Source: Gammaproteobacteria bacterium (GTDB taxonomy: Bacteria > Pseudomonadota > Gammaproteobacteria > CAKMZV01). From it: a DNA stretch of 64,000 nt. The DNA is taken from the NCBI GenBank assembly GCA_965277625.1, contig OZ255827.1, positions 1,806,913-1,870,912 of the forward strand, written 5' to 3'. Position 1 is the stretch's first letter. The number at the start of each line of letters is the position of its first letter. The notes beneath the pieces were generated by a model. It was not told the DNA's origin, searched no databases, and saw only the letters and a program-made list of their open reading frames with translations. The position numbers and the translations under genes were made by a program. Shown one piece after another: positions 18,405-29,245 of this stretch.

Positions 18405-21242
18405 TTAGGTTTTATCCAAAGACTGAACCAATAAAGTGATGGGATGAATGGCTTGCCGATGACTGAAATCGGCAATTTGCTGGCGACAACTGGTGCCAGC
18501 CGCCACAAGTATGGCGTCATCCTCCATGCGTTCAACCGCTTGAATCAACCCTGATTCGGCAATTTTCTTTGACACATCGTAATGGCGGTAGCCAAACTGA
18601 CCCGCCATGCCACAACACCCCACAGAGATCGGCTTTACGGTCAATTCGGGAATCATCGCCAAAAACGCGGTTTGCACCCCAGCCAAAGATTTCTGATGAC
18701 AATGATGATGGATGTAAACCTTCTTATTAATGGCTTTGAACGGTGCAGCCTTATTCAAGACACCAGGCAACCACTCATCGATCAGCTCAATTTTGGGGTG
18801 ATCTACCCCAATGAGACCGACGGCATCATCCCTAAAAACCAAAACCTCTGACGGTTCAATGCCCAACCAATGTTGACACGCCTGTGCTTGCATGGCGGAA
18901 GTAATGGCCGATAAGCATTGTTTTGCCTGCTCTAGTAAGCCTGTGCTAATGAGTAATCGAGGCGAATGTTTTAACAATAAGGGTTGTACTTGAAACCCCA
19001 ATTGATTTAATAGTTTGACAAAATCAATGGCAATGTGGGGCTCATAATGATTGGCAAATAAATCAACCAGCAAGCCCACTTTGGGTCGCTTGTCGTCTGC
19101 ATTGTTTGATTGATCTTGCCACCATTGTTGAAAGCTCCTTGATGCAATTTGCGGCAATGGTCGCCGTTCATCGATTTCAAACAAGCGTTTGACCCAAGCT
19201 GACTGCCCTAAGTTACGCGCCAGTCCATTGTTCTGCTGCAACCGAATGAGTTGAGGGTAATGTTCGACCAGCCAGTTTTGTTTTTTTTCTGACCAACTCA
19301 GCGCCTTGCTCTGAGCTCTAAGGTACAGCACCTCCGCCTTCAATTTAGCCATATCAACGCTGGCAGGGCATTCTGACAAACAACCTTTACACGCCAAACA
19401 TAAATCTAATGCCTTTTTTAAAAGCGGTTGGCTCAGGTGTTTTTGCGGATTGGGCCGACTCAAAGCAAAGCGCAATAAATTTGCCCGACCACGCGTACTC
19501 ATTGACTCTTCTTTGGTCGCCTGATAAGAAGGACACATCAAGCCACTGCTTTTACGGCAAGCACCCGCACCATTGCATTTATCAACAGCGCCTGAAAAAC
19601 CCCCTTGTACTTGCCAATCAAAAGCCGCTTGCTGATTCATTGCATCAGATAAGGCGGGTCGCAGGTGAGCAGTCATCGGTGGCGTCTGGGTGATTTTTCC
19701 AGGGTTCAAAATGTTTTTATAATCAAAGATCTTTTTAACCTGCTCTAACAGCTTATAGAAATCTGTACCATAAATGAGTTCAAGCCACTGCCCCCTTAGC
19801 CGACCATCGCCATGTTCACCCGATAAAGCACCATTAAATTGCTTGACCTGTTGGGCGGAGTATTGGGCAATGGCTTTGAATTTTTGTTGAGCCTCGGTTT
19901 GAGTTAAATCCAGCTCAGGTCGCAAATGAATCACACCGACTGAAGAATGTCCGTAAGTAATCATGCCTATATGCCGTTGTTTGGCATAGGTCAGCATTGA
20001 TTGAATGTACGTGCTTAAGTGCGGTAAAGGGATGGCGGCATCTTCAATAACAGCGATGGCTTTATTCTCTCCAGGTTTCCCCATCAGCAAACCTAATGCC
20101 GCAGAGCGAAGTTGCCAGACCTTGTCATAGTCGTCAGCCTTGATTCTTGGGCAAGCATAGGCCTTGTCCTGCAAACTATCGCTGATCTGGATCATTTTTT
20201 GTTCCAAAATCTCAGACGTTTGTGCATAAATTTCTATCACCTGTACGGCTTTAGGATTGCCTTCAATCCAAAATCGATGACTGCTTTGGATGCGATTATG
20301 TTTACCCGCATCTAATGTCGCTTGATCAAATAATTCGACAGCACTGGGTTCAAAAGAGACGATGAGCTGGGTGGCGTCAATGGCCTCAACCAATTCATTA
20401 AAATGTGGGCATAGCATGCCTTTAAACTTGGGGGCTTCGGTTAATTTAACTTTGATTTGCGTGACAACAGCCAAAGTGCCTTCAGAACCACAAATGAGCG
20501 GTATCATACTGAACGGACGTTTTTGCGCGTGACTGGCTTCCATGGCCTGGAGCGCATAACCACTGTTATTGCGAATCAATGAGGGATCCACATGTGCTTT
20601 GGCAATGGTCTGTCGATGAGCTTCCAACAAAGCGGTGGTTTGCCTGTATATCTCACCTTCTAACCCAGATTGCTGGCATTTGGCTTGCAATGCCTTATCA
20701 GAAATTGGTTCAAAGCAAACCGCGCTGCCATCGCTTAAGAACCCTGAACACGCTAATATGTGGTCGCGAGTCGTTCCATAGTATATAGAATGCACTCCGC
20801 AGGCATTATTGCCGACCATCCCACCAATGGTGCAGCGGTTGGAAGTGGAGGTTTCAGGCGCAAACAACAGCCCATACGCTTCTAATTGGCGATTTAAGTC
20901 ATCTCTAATAACCCCTGTTTCTACAATGGCATAACGCGCTTTGGCATTGATTTCAATGATTTGGGTTTGATGTTTGGATAAGTCTATGACCCAGCCTTCT
21001 CCGACCAATTGCCCAGCCAATGAAGTCCCACCTGAACGTGGGATGAGAGGCATGTTGTGCTCATAGGCAAATCGGATGATGGTTTGAATATCTGAGGTAT
21101 AAGGGACGATGACGGCTTGGGGCAATTGTTGATAAACCGAAGCGTCTTGGGCATACAGTGCGCGCGTCTCCTCGTCTAAGCAGACATCGCCTTGAATCAG
21201 TTTATTTAAGGCTTTTGCCCGGTCTGCCATAGCGGCACTCAT
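18405..21242 (-). CDS. FAD-linked oxidase with C-terminal Fe-S domains (YdiJ/GlcD-F-like)
   Basis: GGTSLAGQ, GSEGTL, SGEHGDG, CNGAGAC, CLACKGC..ECP, CCGMAG; ATGA overlap with the waaC stop. Confidence 0.88.
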   Translation of the reverse strand: MSAAMADRAKALNKLIQGDVCLDEETRALYAQDASVYQQLPQAVIVPYTSDIQTIIRFAYEHNMPLIPRSGGTSLAGQLVGEGWVIDLSKHQTQIIEINAKARYAIVETGVIRDDLNRQLEAYGLLFAPETSTSNRCTIGGMVGNNACGVHSIYYGTTRDHILACSGFLSDGSAVCFEPISDKALQAKCQQSGLEGEIYRQTTALLEAHRQTIAKAHVDPSLIRNNSGYALQAMEASHAQKRPFSMIPLICGSEGTLAVVTQIKVKLTEAPKFKGMLCPHFNELVEAIDATQLIVSFEPSAVELFDQATLDAGKHNRIQSSHRFWIEGNPKAVQVIEIYAQTSEILEQKMIQISDSLQDKAYACPRIKADDYDKVWQLRSAALGLLMGKPGENKAIAVIEDAAIPLPHLSTYIQSMLTYAKQRHIGMITYGHSSVGVIHLRPELDLTQTEAQQKFKAIAQYSAQQVKQFNGALSGEHGDGRLRGQWLELIYGTDFYKLLEQVKKIFDYKNILNPGKITQTPPMTAHLRPALSDAMNQQAAFDWQVQGGFSGAVDKCNGAGACRKSSGLMCPSYQATKEESMSTRGRANLLRFALSRPNPQKHLSQPLLKKALDLCLACKGCLSECPASVDMAKLKAEVLYLRAQSKALSWSEKKQNWLVEHYPQLIRLQQNNGLARNLGQSAWVKRLFEIDERRPLPQIASRSFQQWWQDQSNNADDKRPKVGLLVDLFANHYEPHIAIDFVKLLNQLGFQVQPLLLKHSPRLLISTGLLEQAKQCLSAITSAMQAQACQHWLGIEPSEVLVFRDDAVGLIGVDHPKIELIDEWLPGVLNKAAPFKAINKKVYIHHHCHQKSLAGVQTAFLAMIPELTVKPISVGCCGMAGQFGYRHYDVSKKIAESGLIQAVERMEDDAILVAAGTSCRQQIADFSHRQAIHPITLLVQSLDKT

Positions 21243-22264
21243 AATCGGCTCGAATCGATTTTTTCCATCAAGTTTTGACAGATGACCTCGGCAGAGACGG
21301 TTTGATAACACGGGGGAGATGAATCTGAATAGCGACATTGTTGGCGCAGACACGGTGCGCAGTGATAATCAACTGACAGCACGGTTGACTGCGGTCCTAA
21401 TGGTGCGGTCAGCACTGGATTGGTGGCGCCAAATACGCTGACATTGGGCACACCTAAGGCGGCGGCAATGTGCACCAATCCTGTATCAACCGCTATGACG
21501 CCCTGCGCTTGTTGCATGATCTGAACCACTTCGGTTAGGGTCATGCTGGGTAAGGCCACCACATTATCCACACGCTCCGACAGTCGCTGAACCCATTGCG
21601 CCTCAGCTGAATTTGCCTCAGGCAAGTAAAGCGATAATCCTTTGGTCGCAAGATTTTGTGCGATTTTAATCCAGTGTTCCAAGGGCAGTTTTTTGCTTTC
21701 CCAAGTGGTGCCGTGTAAACCCATGACAAATGGCTGGTCTATAACATGATCAGTGGATTCTATATGTAATCGATACTCAGGTTGTTGATGCAAGTCTGCC
21801 TCATAACCCAAAGTTTGAGCAAACAGTTGCTGTAGTCGTCGTATGGCATGCGTGCCTTGGGCGACTTCAATGCGTTTATTGTAAAAACAACTCGCTATTT
21901 TTTCTGTCCGAATGGAATCCCAGCTAAATCCAACAGCGGGGGCATGCGCCCATTTTGCAAACAGCGCACTTTTAATTAAACCCTGTGCGTCAATCACGCA
22001 ATCGTACGATGCCTGCTGAGTTTGTTTCTTAAACGCACGTATTTCTTTTTGGGTTTGAGCGCTAAACAATTGCTTCTTCCAGCGCCGCAATGCAATGGGA
22101 ATAACGTTGTTCACAGCAGGGTGCCAAAAGGGTATTTGGGCAAAGTTTTCTTCAACCAACCAGTCTATGGATAGACCAGGAATGGCGTCCATCGCTTGGC
22201 TCAGCGCGGGGAAAACATGAATGATATCCCCCAAAGAAGACTGCTTGATCAGTAATACTTTCAT
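21239..22264 (-). CDS. waaC: LPS heptosyltransferase I (GT9)
   Basis: K.SSLGDIIH, DAQGLIKSA, HGTTWESK, VDTGLVHIAAALG. Confidence 0.88.
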   Translation of the reverse strand: MKVLLIKQSSLGDIIHVFPALSQAMDAIPGLSIDWLVEENFAQIPFWHPAVNNVIPIALRRWKKQLFSAQTQKEIRAFKKQTQQASYDCVIDAQGLIKSALFAKWAHAPAVGFSWDSIRTEKIASCFYNKRIEVAQGTHAIRRLQQLFAQTLGYEADLHQQPEYRLHIESTDHVIDQPFVMGLHGTTWESKKLPLEHWIKIAQNLATKGLSLYLPEANSAEAQWVQRLSERVDNVVALPSMTLTEVVQIMQQAQGVIAVDTGLVHIAAALGVPNVSVFGATNPVLTAPLGPQSTVLSVDYHCAPCLRQQCRYSDSSPPCYQTVSAEVICQNLMEKIDSSRL

Positions 22265-22449
22265 AAGTTTCTATTTTAGAGGGTTTTACTATTAAATGAT
22301 TCAATCAGTTGTAAATTATCTTGGCACAATGTAGAATGACCCCCAGTCATTTGTGGATGTGCTGATTTTTCATGATTAATGGTCATTAAAATCCAATATT
22401 TTTAAAATCAACATTTATTTCTTTTCTCAACAAAGCTGAGGTTTATACT

Positions 22450-24165
22450 ATGTCAACTGTTCCAGAATTTACTATTAAAAGGAATTCAGATGGATTCTAT
22501 TCGGGATTTAATCAATTCGTCACCTTAGGGTCAAAATTTTTATTGGCAATCATTGTCTTATGGGCTGTCCTTGATCCAGAAGCGGCTGGTGCCGTCTTAA
22601 AAGATGCTCAGAATTGGTCATTTCAAAATCTTAACTCTTACTATATTTATACCGTCGCATTCTTTATCATCGCTTGTATAGTGCTTGCATTTTACCCGCG
22701 TTTTGGTAAAGTGAAGCTTGGAGATGCCGATGGTGTGCCAGAATTTTCAAACTTCTCATGGTTTTCAATGATGTTTGGTGCGGGTATTGGCATCGGCATG
22801 TTGGGTTATGCAGCTGCTGAACCCATTTGGCACTTGGGCAATAACCCAGAAATCATCCAAAGCAAAATGGATGTTGCCGCAGCATTAGCCGCTAGTAATA
22901 TCACCATTCCAGAAGGTGCGGATGTATTTGCCCTTTACAACGATCAAGTTGCTGCTGGCGCTGTATCTGCCATTGACAATGTGGTTCAACCCAAAACTGA
23001 ATCTGCCTTGGATGCCGTTTATCGTTATACCTTTTTACATTGGGGTTTTGGCGCTTGGGCTTGTTATGCATTGGTTGGCATTTCATTAGCATTCTTTACT
23101 TATGCTCGTGGCTTGCCTTTAACCATTCGCTCCGCCTTAGTCCCTCTATTTGGTCGCTCATTAGAAGGACCCGTTGGACACATTGTTGATATCACCGCTG
23201 TTATCGCAACCATCTTGGGCATTTCGCAAACCATCGGATTAGGATTAAGCTCTTTTGCTTCAGGCGTGCATAATATCACTGGTATGGATTGGTTGATGAC
23301 TGTAGAAGCCATTCCTAAACCAACCACAGGCGCTTTATTGGTGTCTTTGGTGATCGTCATGATTTGTTCAACAGCCTCCGCATTATCAGGGGTGGGTAGA
23401 GGCATTAAATGGCTCAGTAATATCAACATGGTTTTATCGTTCTCATTATTGGCTTTCTTCTTAATATTTGGTTCAACGCTCATTGCTTTTGAGCTTTTAG
23501 GATTAGGCATATTTAGTTATATTGTTAACTTGCCTGCGATGACCTTTATCGTTTGGGATCCTTCTTCGGAATTAGGTGGTTGGCAAACGGGTTGGTCTGT
23601 TTTCTATTGGGCATGGTGGATTGCATTCGCGCCTTTTGTTGGCATCTTCCTTGCTCGTATTTCTAAAAATCGTACCATCCGTGAATTTGTTGCAGGTGCC
23701 ATCGTAGCGCCTTCGTTCATGTGCTTTATCTGGTTCGCATTTGTTGGTGGAACAGCGATAGATTTGGAACTCAGTGGCGAAGCTGGTGGTCGAATTTTTG
23801 GTTCAAACCTCACCTACCAATTGTATGAAGTCATTAACATCATGCTTTCTTCAGGACTGGCTCAGCTCATGTCCTTTATGATCGTTATCTTGTTATTGAC
23901 TTACTTAGTCACTTCTGCTGACTCGGCTGTTTTGGTTGTTAATACAATCAATGCTGGCGGTAGCAACACAGGGACTGCTGGTGCGAAACACATCATCATA
24001 TGGGGTCTTGCACTAACCTGTGTTATTGGTGCGCTTCTACTGGCTGGAGGTCTGGGTGCGATTCAATCAGCGATGATTGTCGGCGCCATCCCATTCTCAT
24101 TTATTATGATATTAATGGGTATCAGCTTGTTTAAAGCCCTATGGGAAGAAACAAAAACAGCGTAA
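22450..24165 (+). CDS. BCCT family (betaine/carnitine/choline) transporter
   Basis: SWFSMMFGAGIGIG, HWG, FYWAWWIAFAPFVG.F.ARIS..RTIRE, VTSADS. Confidence 0.92.
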   Translation: MSTVPEFTIKRNSDGFYSGFNQFVTLGSKFLLAIIVLWAVLDPEAAGAVLKDAQNWSFQNLNSYYIYTVAFFIIACIVLAFYPRFGKVKLGDADGVPEFSNFSWFSMMFGAGIGIGMLGYAAAEPIWHLGNNPEIIQSKMDVAAALAASNITIPEGADVFALYNDQVAAGAVSAIDNVVQPKTESALDAVYRYTFLHWGFGAWACYALVGISLAFFTYARGLPLTIRSALVPLFGRSLEGPVGHIVDITAVIATILGISQTIGLGLSSFASGVHNITGMDWLMTVEAIPKPTTGALLVSLVIVMICSTASALSGVGRGIKWLSNINMVLSFSLLAFFLIFGSTLIAFELLGLGIFSYIVNLPAMTFIVWDPSSELGGWQTGWSVFYWAWWIAFAPFVGIFLARISKNRTIREFVAGAIVAPSFMCFIWFAFVGGTAIDLELSGEAGGRIFGSNLTYQLYEVINIMLSSGLAQLMSFMIVILLLTYLVTSADSAVLVVNTINAGGSNTGTAGAKHIIIWGLALTCVIGALLLAGGLGAIQSAMIVGAIPFSFIMILMGISLFKALWEETKTA

Positions 24166-24187
24166 TCAAAGAACGCTGAAAGATTCT

Positions 24188-24220
24188 AAAAGGGATGCCT
24201 TCATCGGCATCCCTTTTTTT
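24188..24220. terminator. Intrinsic terminator, probably bidirectional
   Basis: AAAAGGGATGCC-ttcatc-GGCATCCCTTTTTTT between convergent genes. Confidence 0.85.
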
Positions 24221-24357
24221 ATGCACCCGTCTCTTTAGTTTGCAAAAGGCGATAGAAGGTTTATCGCAATCGTCCTGTTGTCAATCGTCTTGCAACGACC
24301 ACGATTGGCATAAGGTTATGGTGATTTATGGGATGGGATTGTTTTGTGACCCAAGGA

Positions 24358-24714
24358 TCAACTGCCACGATAAGTGGCATAACTCCAGGGCGAAACCAGC
24401 AGCGGGATATGATAATTTTGTTGCCCCTCAGCAATGGTGAAAACGATGGGCACCACTGATAAAAATGGCGGTTGACTTTGCACCGCTTGGTGTTTTTCAA
24501 AATACGCGCCGACTTCAAATGCCAACTCGTAGCATCCCGTAGGCAAAGTCTCAGCCAATAATAGCGGTTCGTCAACCCGCCCATCGGCGTTGGTGACAAC
24601 GCGTTTAAGACAATGTTTATTGCTCTCATCGTCGCATTGATAAAATGTAATGGATACGCCTTCAGCTGGTTTGCCTGTGACGGTATTTAATACGTGGGTG
24701 CTTAATTTATACAT
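24358..24714 (-). CDS. uraH: 5-hydroxyisourate hydrolase (transthyretin-like)
   Basis: LSTHVL, TNADGR, YHIPLL.SP, terminal YRGS; GAGG upstream of ATG 24714. Confidence 0.93.
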   Translation of the reverse strand: MYKLSTHVLNTVTGKPAEGVSITFYQCDDESNKHCLKRVVTNADGRVDEPLLLAETLPTGCYELAFEVGAYFEKHQAVQSQPPFLSVVPIVFTIAEGQQNYHIPLLVSPWSYATYRGS

Positions 24715-24721
24715 ACTGACC

Positions 24722-26065
24722 TCAATCTGTCTCATTGAATAACTGTTCTAACCTGATTTTGGCAATTTGCCCCACCTGATGAAGCGCTTCAATCCGCTCA
24801 TCGCTCAGATCATTGTTCAACCGACTTTCAAAAGAAGCAAAGAGGCTGGCTTTGCTATGATTACGTACGGCAACAATAAAGGGAAATGCAAATCGTTCGC
24901 GGTAGGTTTTATTCCATTGGCTGATTTGAGCCATTTCTTCAGGGCTTAATTGATTCAGTTGAACGCTGGCCTGTTCTTGGGTTGACGCCTCGGTTAATTC
25001 GCCTTGTTGCGCTAATTTACCCGCCAACTCAGGGTGGCCACACAATAGCGCATGCTTTTGCTCGTGATCCGCTTGATTGACAATTTCAATCATTTGCTGA
25101 TACAAGGCATCAACGCCCGTAAAGGGCGTGTAAGCATAGGCCTGTTTAGCAACCCATGGAGCGTTTTCAAAAATATTACCCAAGGTTTGAACAAAAGTTT
25201 CTTCATCCATGGCATTGAGCGACTCAATCGTCATTGTTGGTTGCGTTGATGACTGTACTGTGGTCCAAACAGGCGCATGATCAGACGGCTTTTCCATCCC
25301 TCTAATCGCATAGTCAACGCCAGAATCCGTGGCCAAATCAAGCAGTGGCTGGGTTAAAAGAATGTGATCAATGCGCAACCCTGGTTTATGGGATCGTTCA
25401 AATGCCCGCGTTCGAAAATCAAACCATGAGTAGTCTTTACCCTCCGGCTTCAAATGCCTATAACTGTCATGCAAGCCCCAATCGTACAGACGCTCAATCC
25501 ATTCACGCTCTTCAGGCAAAAAACTACAATCACCGCGCTTAAGCCACTTGTCAGGATTATCAACGCCTACATCGATGTCTTTGGGGGCGATGTTTAAATC
25601 ACCAAGAACCACGATTTTTTCCTCTGGCTGATGATGACTGGTTATATGCTGAGTTAAATCGGCATAGAAATTGGTTTTGTCGGCAAACTTACTGGGATGG
25701 GTTCGATTGGAGCCTTGTGGAAAATAGCCATTGTAAACATGGATTGGTTGACCTTGCCATTCTAATTGGGCATAGACCAATCTTGTTTGCAATTCGCTGG
25801 GGCCAATATTTAATCCTTTGGCTGATTGAATGATCGGTAAATTGGTCAACAGCGCAACGCCATAATGCGTTTTCTGTCCGAGAAACACGGCCTCATAACC
25901 CAAGGCTTGAATATCTTGCAACGGAAATGCATCATCTGTGACTTTGGTTTCTTGTAGCCCAATAATACTGGGCTGGTATTGATCTACCAAAACCTGTAGC
26001 TGATGCAGTCTAATCCGAATGGAGTTGACATTAAAAGAAATGATGTTTAAATTTTTTGATACCAT
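24722..26065 (-). CDS. xthA: Fusion: exodeoxyribonuclease III (XthA) plus OHCU decarboxylase (UraD)
   Basis: N-part: SFNVNSIR, LQETK, GDLNIAP, WFDFR, LRIDHIL, PSDHAPV. C-part from 25234: IFENAPWVA, HPELAG, S..EQ, YRERFAFPFIVAV, IAKIRL. No stop between the parts. Confidence 0.85.
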   Translation of the reverse strand: MVSKNLNIISFNVNSIRIRLHQLQVLVDQYQPSIIGLQETKVTDDAFPLQDIQALGYEAVFLGQKTHYGVALLTNLPIIQSAKGLNIGPSELQTRLVYAQLEWQGQPIHVYNGYFPQGSNRTHPSKFADKTNFYADLTQHITSHHQPEEKIVVLGDLNIAPKDIDVGVDNPDKWLKRGDCSFLPEEREWIERLYDWGLHDSYRHLKPEGKDYSWFDFRTRAFERSHKPGLRIDHILLTQPLLDLATDSGVDYAIRGMEKPSDHAPVWTTVQSSTQPTMTIESLNAMDEETFVQTLGNIFENAPWVAKQAYAYTPFTGVDALYQQMIEIVNQADHEQKHALLCGHPELAGKLAQQGELTEASTQEQASVQLNQLSPEEMAQISQWNKTYRERFAFPFIVAVRNHSKASLFASFESRLNNDLSDERIEALHQVGQIAKIRLEQLFNETD

Positions 26066-26712
26066 AAGTTGGTGATATTATGACCCATGTGCATGCCTTT
26101 TTTCTCAAATTTAGTCATAGGGCGTTGGTGGTTTATAGGATGATCCAAAGGACAGAATCGATGATCAGCTTCAATTGTCTCACGCATAATGATGCCGTAC
26201 GCTTCCCAATCGGTCGCCAATTGAAAAACCCCAGACGGGGCTAAAACTCGGTGGACGAGATTTAAAAATGAGGCTTGTACAATGCGTCTTTTATGGTGAC
26301 GCCGTTTGTGCCAAGGATCAGGAAATAGTAATAGGAGTTTGGCAACCGACTGATCTGCCAAACTATCTTGTAATACATCCGTGGCATCATGACGGATGAA
26401 TCGAATGTTTTCTAACCCTTTGCTGTGCGCTTTATGGCAGGCTTTAATCACCCCTGGCAAATGAACTTCAATACCCAGAAAATTATGATGGGGTTGTGAC
26501 TCGGCCATGGCAATCAGCGAATCACCCATACCAAAACCGACTTCAACAATGAGTGGTTGAGGTTGGGCATAATAGCTTTGAATGTCGATGGGTTGAGATT
26601 GATACTCAATGCCCAAAATTTGCCAATGCTTGAGCCAATTTGATTGCTGTGATTGGCTGATTCTGCCTTGTCTTAAAACAAAACTGCGGTTGCTCTTTTT
26701 ACAACTTAGCAT
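26047..26712 (-). CDS. trmB: tRNA (guanine-N7)-methyltransferase
   Basis: SFVLRQGR, EVGFGMG, FPDPWHK, ATDW, TKFE. Confidence 0.95.
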   Translation of the reverse strand: MLSCKKSNRSFVLRQGRISQSQQSNWLKHWQILGIEYQSQPIDIQSYYAQPQPLIVEVGFGMGDSLIAMAESQPHHNFLGIEVHLPGVIKACHKAHSKGLENIRFIRHDATDVLQDSLADQSVAKLLLLFPDPWHKRRHHKRRIVQASFLNLVHRVLAPSGVFQLATDWEAYGIIMRETIEADHRFCPLDHPINHQRPMTKFEKKGMHMGHNITNLWYQKI

Positions 26713-26719
26713 GCTTCAC

Positions 26720-27499
26720 TTAGAAAAATAAACCATCAACTGGTGAAGACGCAGAAGCGTAGCGTTTTCTTGGCATACGACCAGCAAGATAGGACAAACG
26801 TCCAGCTTGCACGCCCAGCTTCATGGCTTGTGCCATTTCTATGGGTTTTTTGGCTGCCGCAATGGCGGTATTCATCAAAACCCCATCACAACCCAATTCC
26901 ATCGCCATTGTCGCATCTGATGCGCAACCGACCCCAGCATCAACCAAGATAGGTACTTCTGCTTGCTCAACAATGGTGCGTATGTTGTATGGATTACGAA
27001 TACCCAAACCCGAACCAATGGGTGCCGCCAATGGCATCACCGCCACACACCCCAGCGCTTCTAAGCGTTTGGCAATGATCGGGTCATCGCTGGTATAGAC
27101 CATGACATCAAACCCTTCCGACACCAATATTTTGGTGGCCTCTAATGTGGCTGGGATGTCAGGATACAAAGTTTTTTCATCACCCAAAACTTCCAACTTC
27201 ACCAAACGATAATCGCCCAAAAGTTCACGCGCCAGATGACAAGTTCGAATGGCATCTTTAACCGTGTAACATCCAGCCGTGTTGGGCAGATAAATGTATT
27301 TCTCAGGAGGCAAAAATTGGCGTAAATCATCATCCGATCCTGATTGACCAATATTGGTACGCCTGATCGCAACGGTGATCATTTCAGACCCCGTGGCTTC
27401 AATCGCTGCAACTGTTTCGGTTAAACTGCTGTACTTTCCAGTGCCCACTAACAACCGCGAGGTCAAAGTATGCTTGCCTATTTTTAATGGATCTTTCAT
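26720..27499 (-). CDS. thiG: Thiazole synthase
   Basis: [37 protein letters not shown]. Confidence 0.96.
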   Translation of the reverse strand: MKDPLKIGKHTLTSRLLVGTGKYSSLTETVAAIEATGSEMITVAIRRTNIGQSGSDDDLRQFLPPEKYIYLPNTAGCYTVKDAIRTCHLARELLGDYRLVKLEVLGDEKTLYPDIPATLEATKILVSEGFDVMVYTSDDPIIAKRLEALGCVAVMPLAAPIGSGLGIRNPYNIRTIVEQAEVPILVDAGVGCASDATMAMELGCDGVLMNTAIAAAKKPIEMAQAMKLGVQAGRLSYLAGRMPRKRYASASSPVDGLFF

Positions 27500-27545
27500 T
27501 GAATGTTGTTCCTGTTTATGCGCTTGCGCAAGTCATTTTTGAGCC

Positions 27546-27749
27546 TCAGCCACCGCCAACGGCCTGAATGATTTCCACTCTGTCGTTGTTTTTTAGGCAG
27601 AATTGATCGTATTCTGAACGGCTGACGATACTTTCATTTACCTCAACGGCAATCTTAGAGGGCACCAAATCCAATTGTTTGAGCAACGCACTGATTGAAC
27701 CGTCGCCATCGATTGAAAATGCCTCGCCATTCAATACAATTTCAATCAT
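27546..27749 (-). CDS. thiS: Sulfur carrier ThiS
   Basis: 67 aa, AVEVN, C-terminal VGGG, upstream of thiG. Confidence 0.93.
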   Translation of the reverse strand: MIEIVLNGEAFSIDGDGSISALLKQLDLVPSKIAVEVNESIVSRSEYDQFCLKNNDRVEIIQAVGGG

Positions 27750-28306
27750 TACATAAATCCTGTTATTGCCATAGCTGGATTAAGAACGGCAGACTCAAAC
27801 GTCTTTATGCCAAAAATTATAATCAATGGTGTTAGGTCAACACCTCCAACATCTGGGATAAATCGACGAAAAGGCGCTTCAATCCAATAAGTTAATGGAA
27901 TCAACACCTGCTCAACCAAAGCGTTTTGTTGGGGCACGATCCAGCTCATAAATGCACGAATAAGTACCGCAAAAAACAGAATATTGAGAAACAGTTGCAC
28001 ACATTTTAAGGCGGTGAAAGCAAGCCCTTGAAGCCAGTAAACTTGAATGACCTCCAATCCAGTAAATAATGCAATTTGAATGAATACCACGATGTACATG
28101 AGCACCATGGCGGGTAAATCAAACCGACCCACATCTGGCACAAACAATGAAAACAGTCGAACAAAGGGACGAGTAACGCGAATCACGAATGAAGCCAATG
28201 GGGCATTAGGACTGACATAAACAGCACGCATCATCACTCGCAAAGCGAAAATCATCGCCAAAAAATTGAGAAGAAAGATTCCGATTGAACTCAATACTAT
28301 AGCCAT
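27749..28306 (-). CDS. yggT: YggT family membrane protein
   Basis: Two YGGT repeats, P..GG.DLTPL; follows proC. Confidence 0.85.
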   Translation of the reverse strand: MAIVLSSIGIFLLNFLAMIFALRVMMRAVYVSPNAPLASFVIRVTRPFVRLFSLFVPDVGRFDLPAMVLMYIVVFIQIALFTGLEVIQVYWLQGLAFTALKCVQLFLNILFFAVLIRAFMSWIVPQQNALVEQVLIPLTYWIEAPFRRFIPDVGGVDLTPLIIIFGIKTFESAVLNPAMAITGFM

Positions 28307-28316
28307 ATTACACCCT

Positions 28317-29129
28317 TTAATTTGCCAATGTCTGCGCGCGTGATTGAGCAGCCCGCATGGCTGAATCAACCGTTTCTGCAAGCCCTTTTTCGGCCAACTG
28401 AATCAGTGCTTGCTCAGTCGTACCCCCTGGTGAGGTGACTTGTTCGCGAAGCACACTTAAGGAATGCTCCGATTCTTTGGCCAATTGTGCGGCACCTAAG
28501 GCGGCTTGAATGACTAAATCGGTCGCCTGTTTTTGAGTAAAGCCCATGGACATTGCGGTTTTTACTTGAGCTTCCATGAAGGCAAAATAATAAGCGGGTG
28601 CACTGCCTGAAACCGCAGTGATTGCATCCAACATCGTTTCGTCTGGCACCTCGACCACGACCGGCCCCAGACAGTCCAATAGGGCTGGTACCGCTTTACG
28701 CATTGAATCAGAAACTTGGGCGTCGTAATACACGCCCGTCGCACCTTGTGCAATCAGAGCAGGCGTATTGGGCATGGTTCGAATCACTCTAGCTGCGCCG
28801 CAGTTTTTTTGAATGCGTTGAACAGGGATTCCCGCCATGACCGACAGTACCGTCTTATCCGTCCCCAAGTGGCCTAAGCCGTCGGATGCTTCGTCAAACT
28901 TTTGCGGTTTGACAGCTATGATAATCAATGTTGTTTGCTGGGTTAGTGTGGGTAAATCTGGCGCAATTTGTACGCCTTTTCCTTGCCAAGAAGCTTTTGC
29001 TCGTTCACGCACAGGATAAACATAGAGGTTTTGCGGCGGCATGCCATTTTTTAGTAAACCGGCAATCATGGCGCTTGCCATGTTTCCTACCCCAATAAAT
29101 CCAATATTTAACTGCTTCAACTCATTCAT
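28317..29129 (-). CDS. proC: Pyrroline-5-carboxylate reductase
   Basis: GFIGVGNMA, AVKPQ, MPNTP, SGSAPAY, VTSPGGTT. Confidence 0.95.
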   Translation of the reverse strand: MNELKQLNIGFIGVGNMASAMIAGLLKNGMPPQNLYVYPVRERAKASWQGKGVQIAPDLPTLTQQTTLIIIAVKPQKFDEASDGLGHLGTDKTVLSVMAGIPVQRIQKNCGAARVIRTMPNTPALIAQGATGVYYDAQVSDSMRKAVPALLDCLGPVVVEVPDETMLDAITAVSGSAPAYYFAFMEAQVKTAMSMGFTQKQATDLVIQAALGAAQLAKESEHSLSVLREQVTSPGGTTEQALIQLAEKGLAETVDSAMRAAQSRAQTLAN

Positions 29130-29245
29130 TAGTGTTATTGTAAACCTTTATCATTGATGAAACCTTAAACTTCCCTTTTTTTGATCTCCACGTTTTTCTG
29201 ATCAGGTTTACCATTGCCGTAACTGACAGTGTAAACAGAATCGCT

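Noticed and set aside
22320-22340. Sigma54-like TGGCAC upstream of the BCCT gene
   Set aside because: No TTGC at the -12 position
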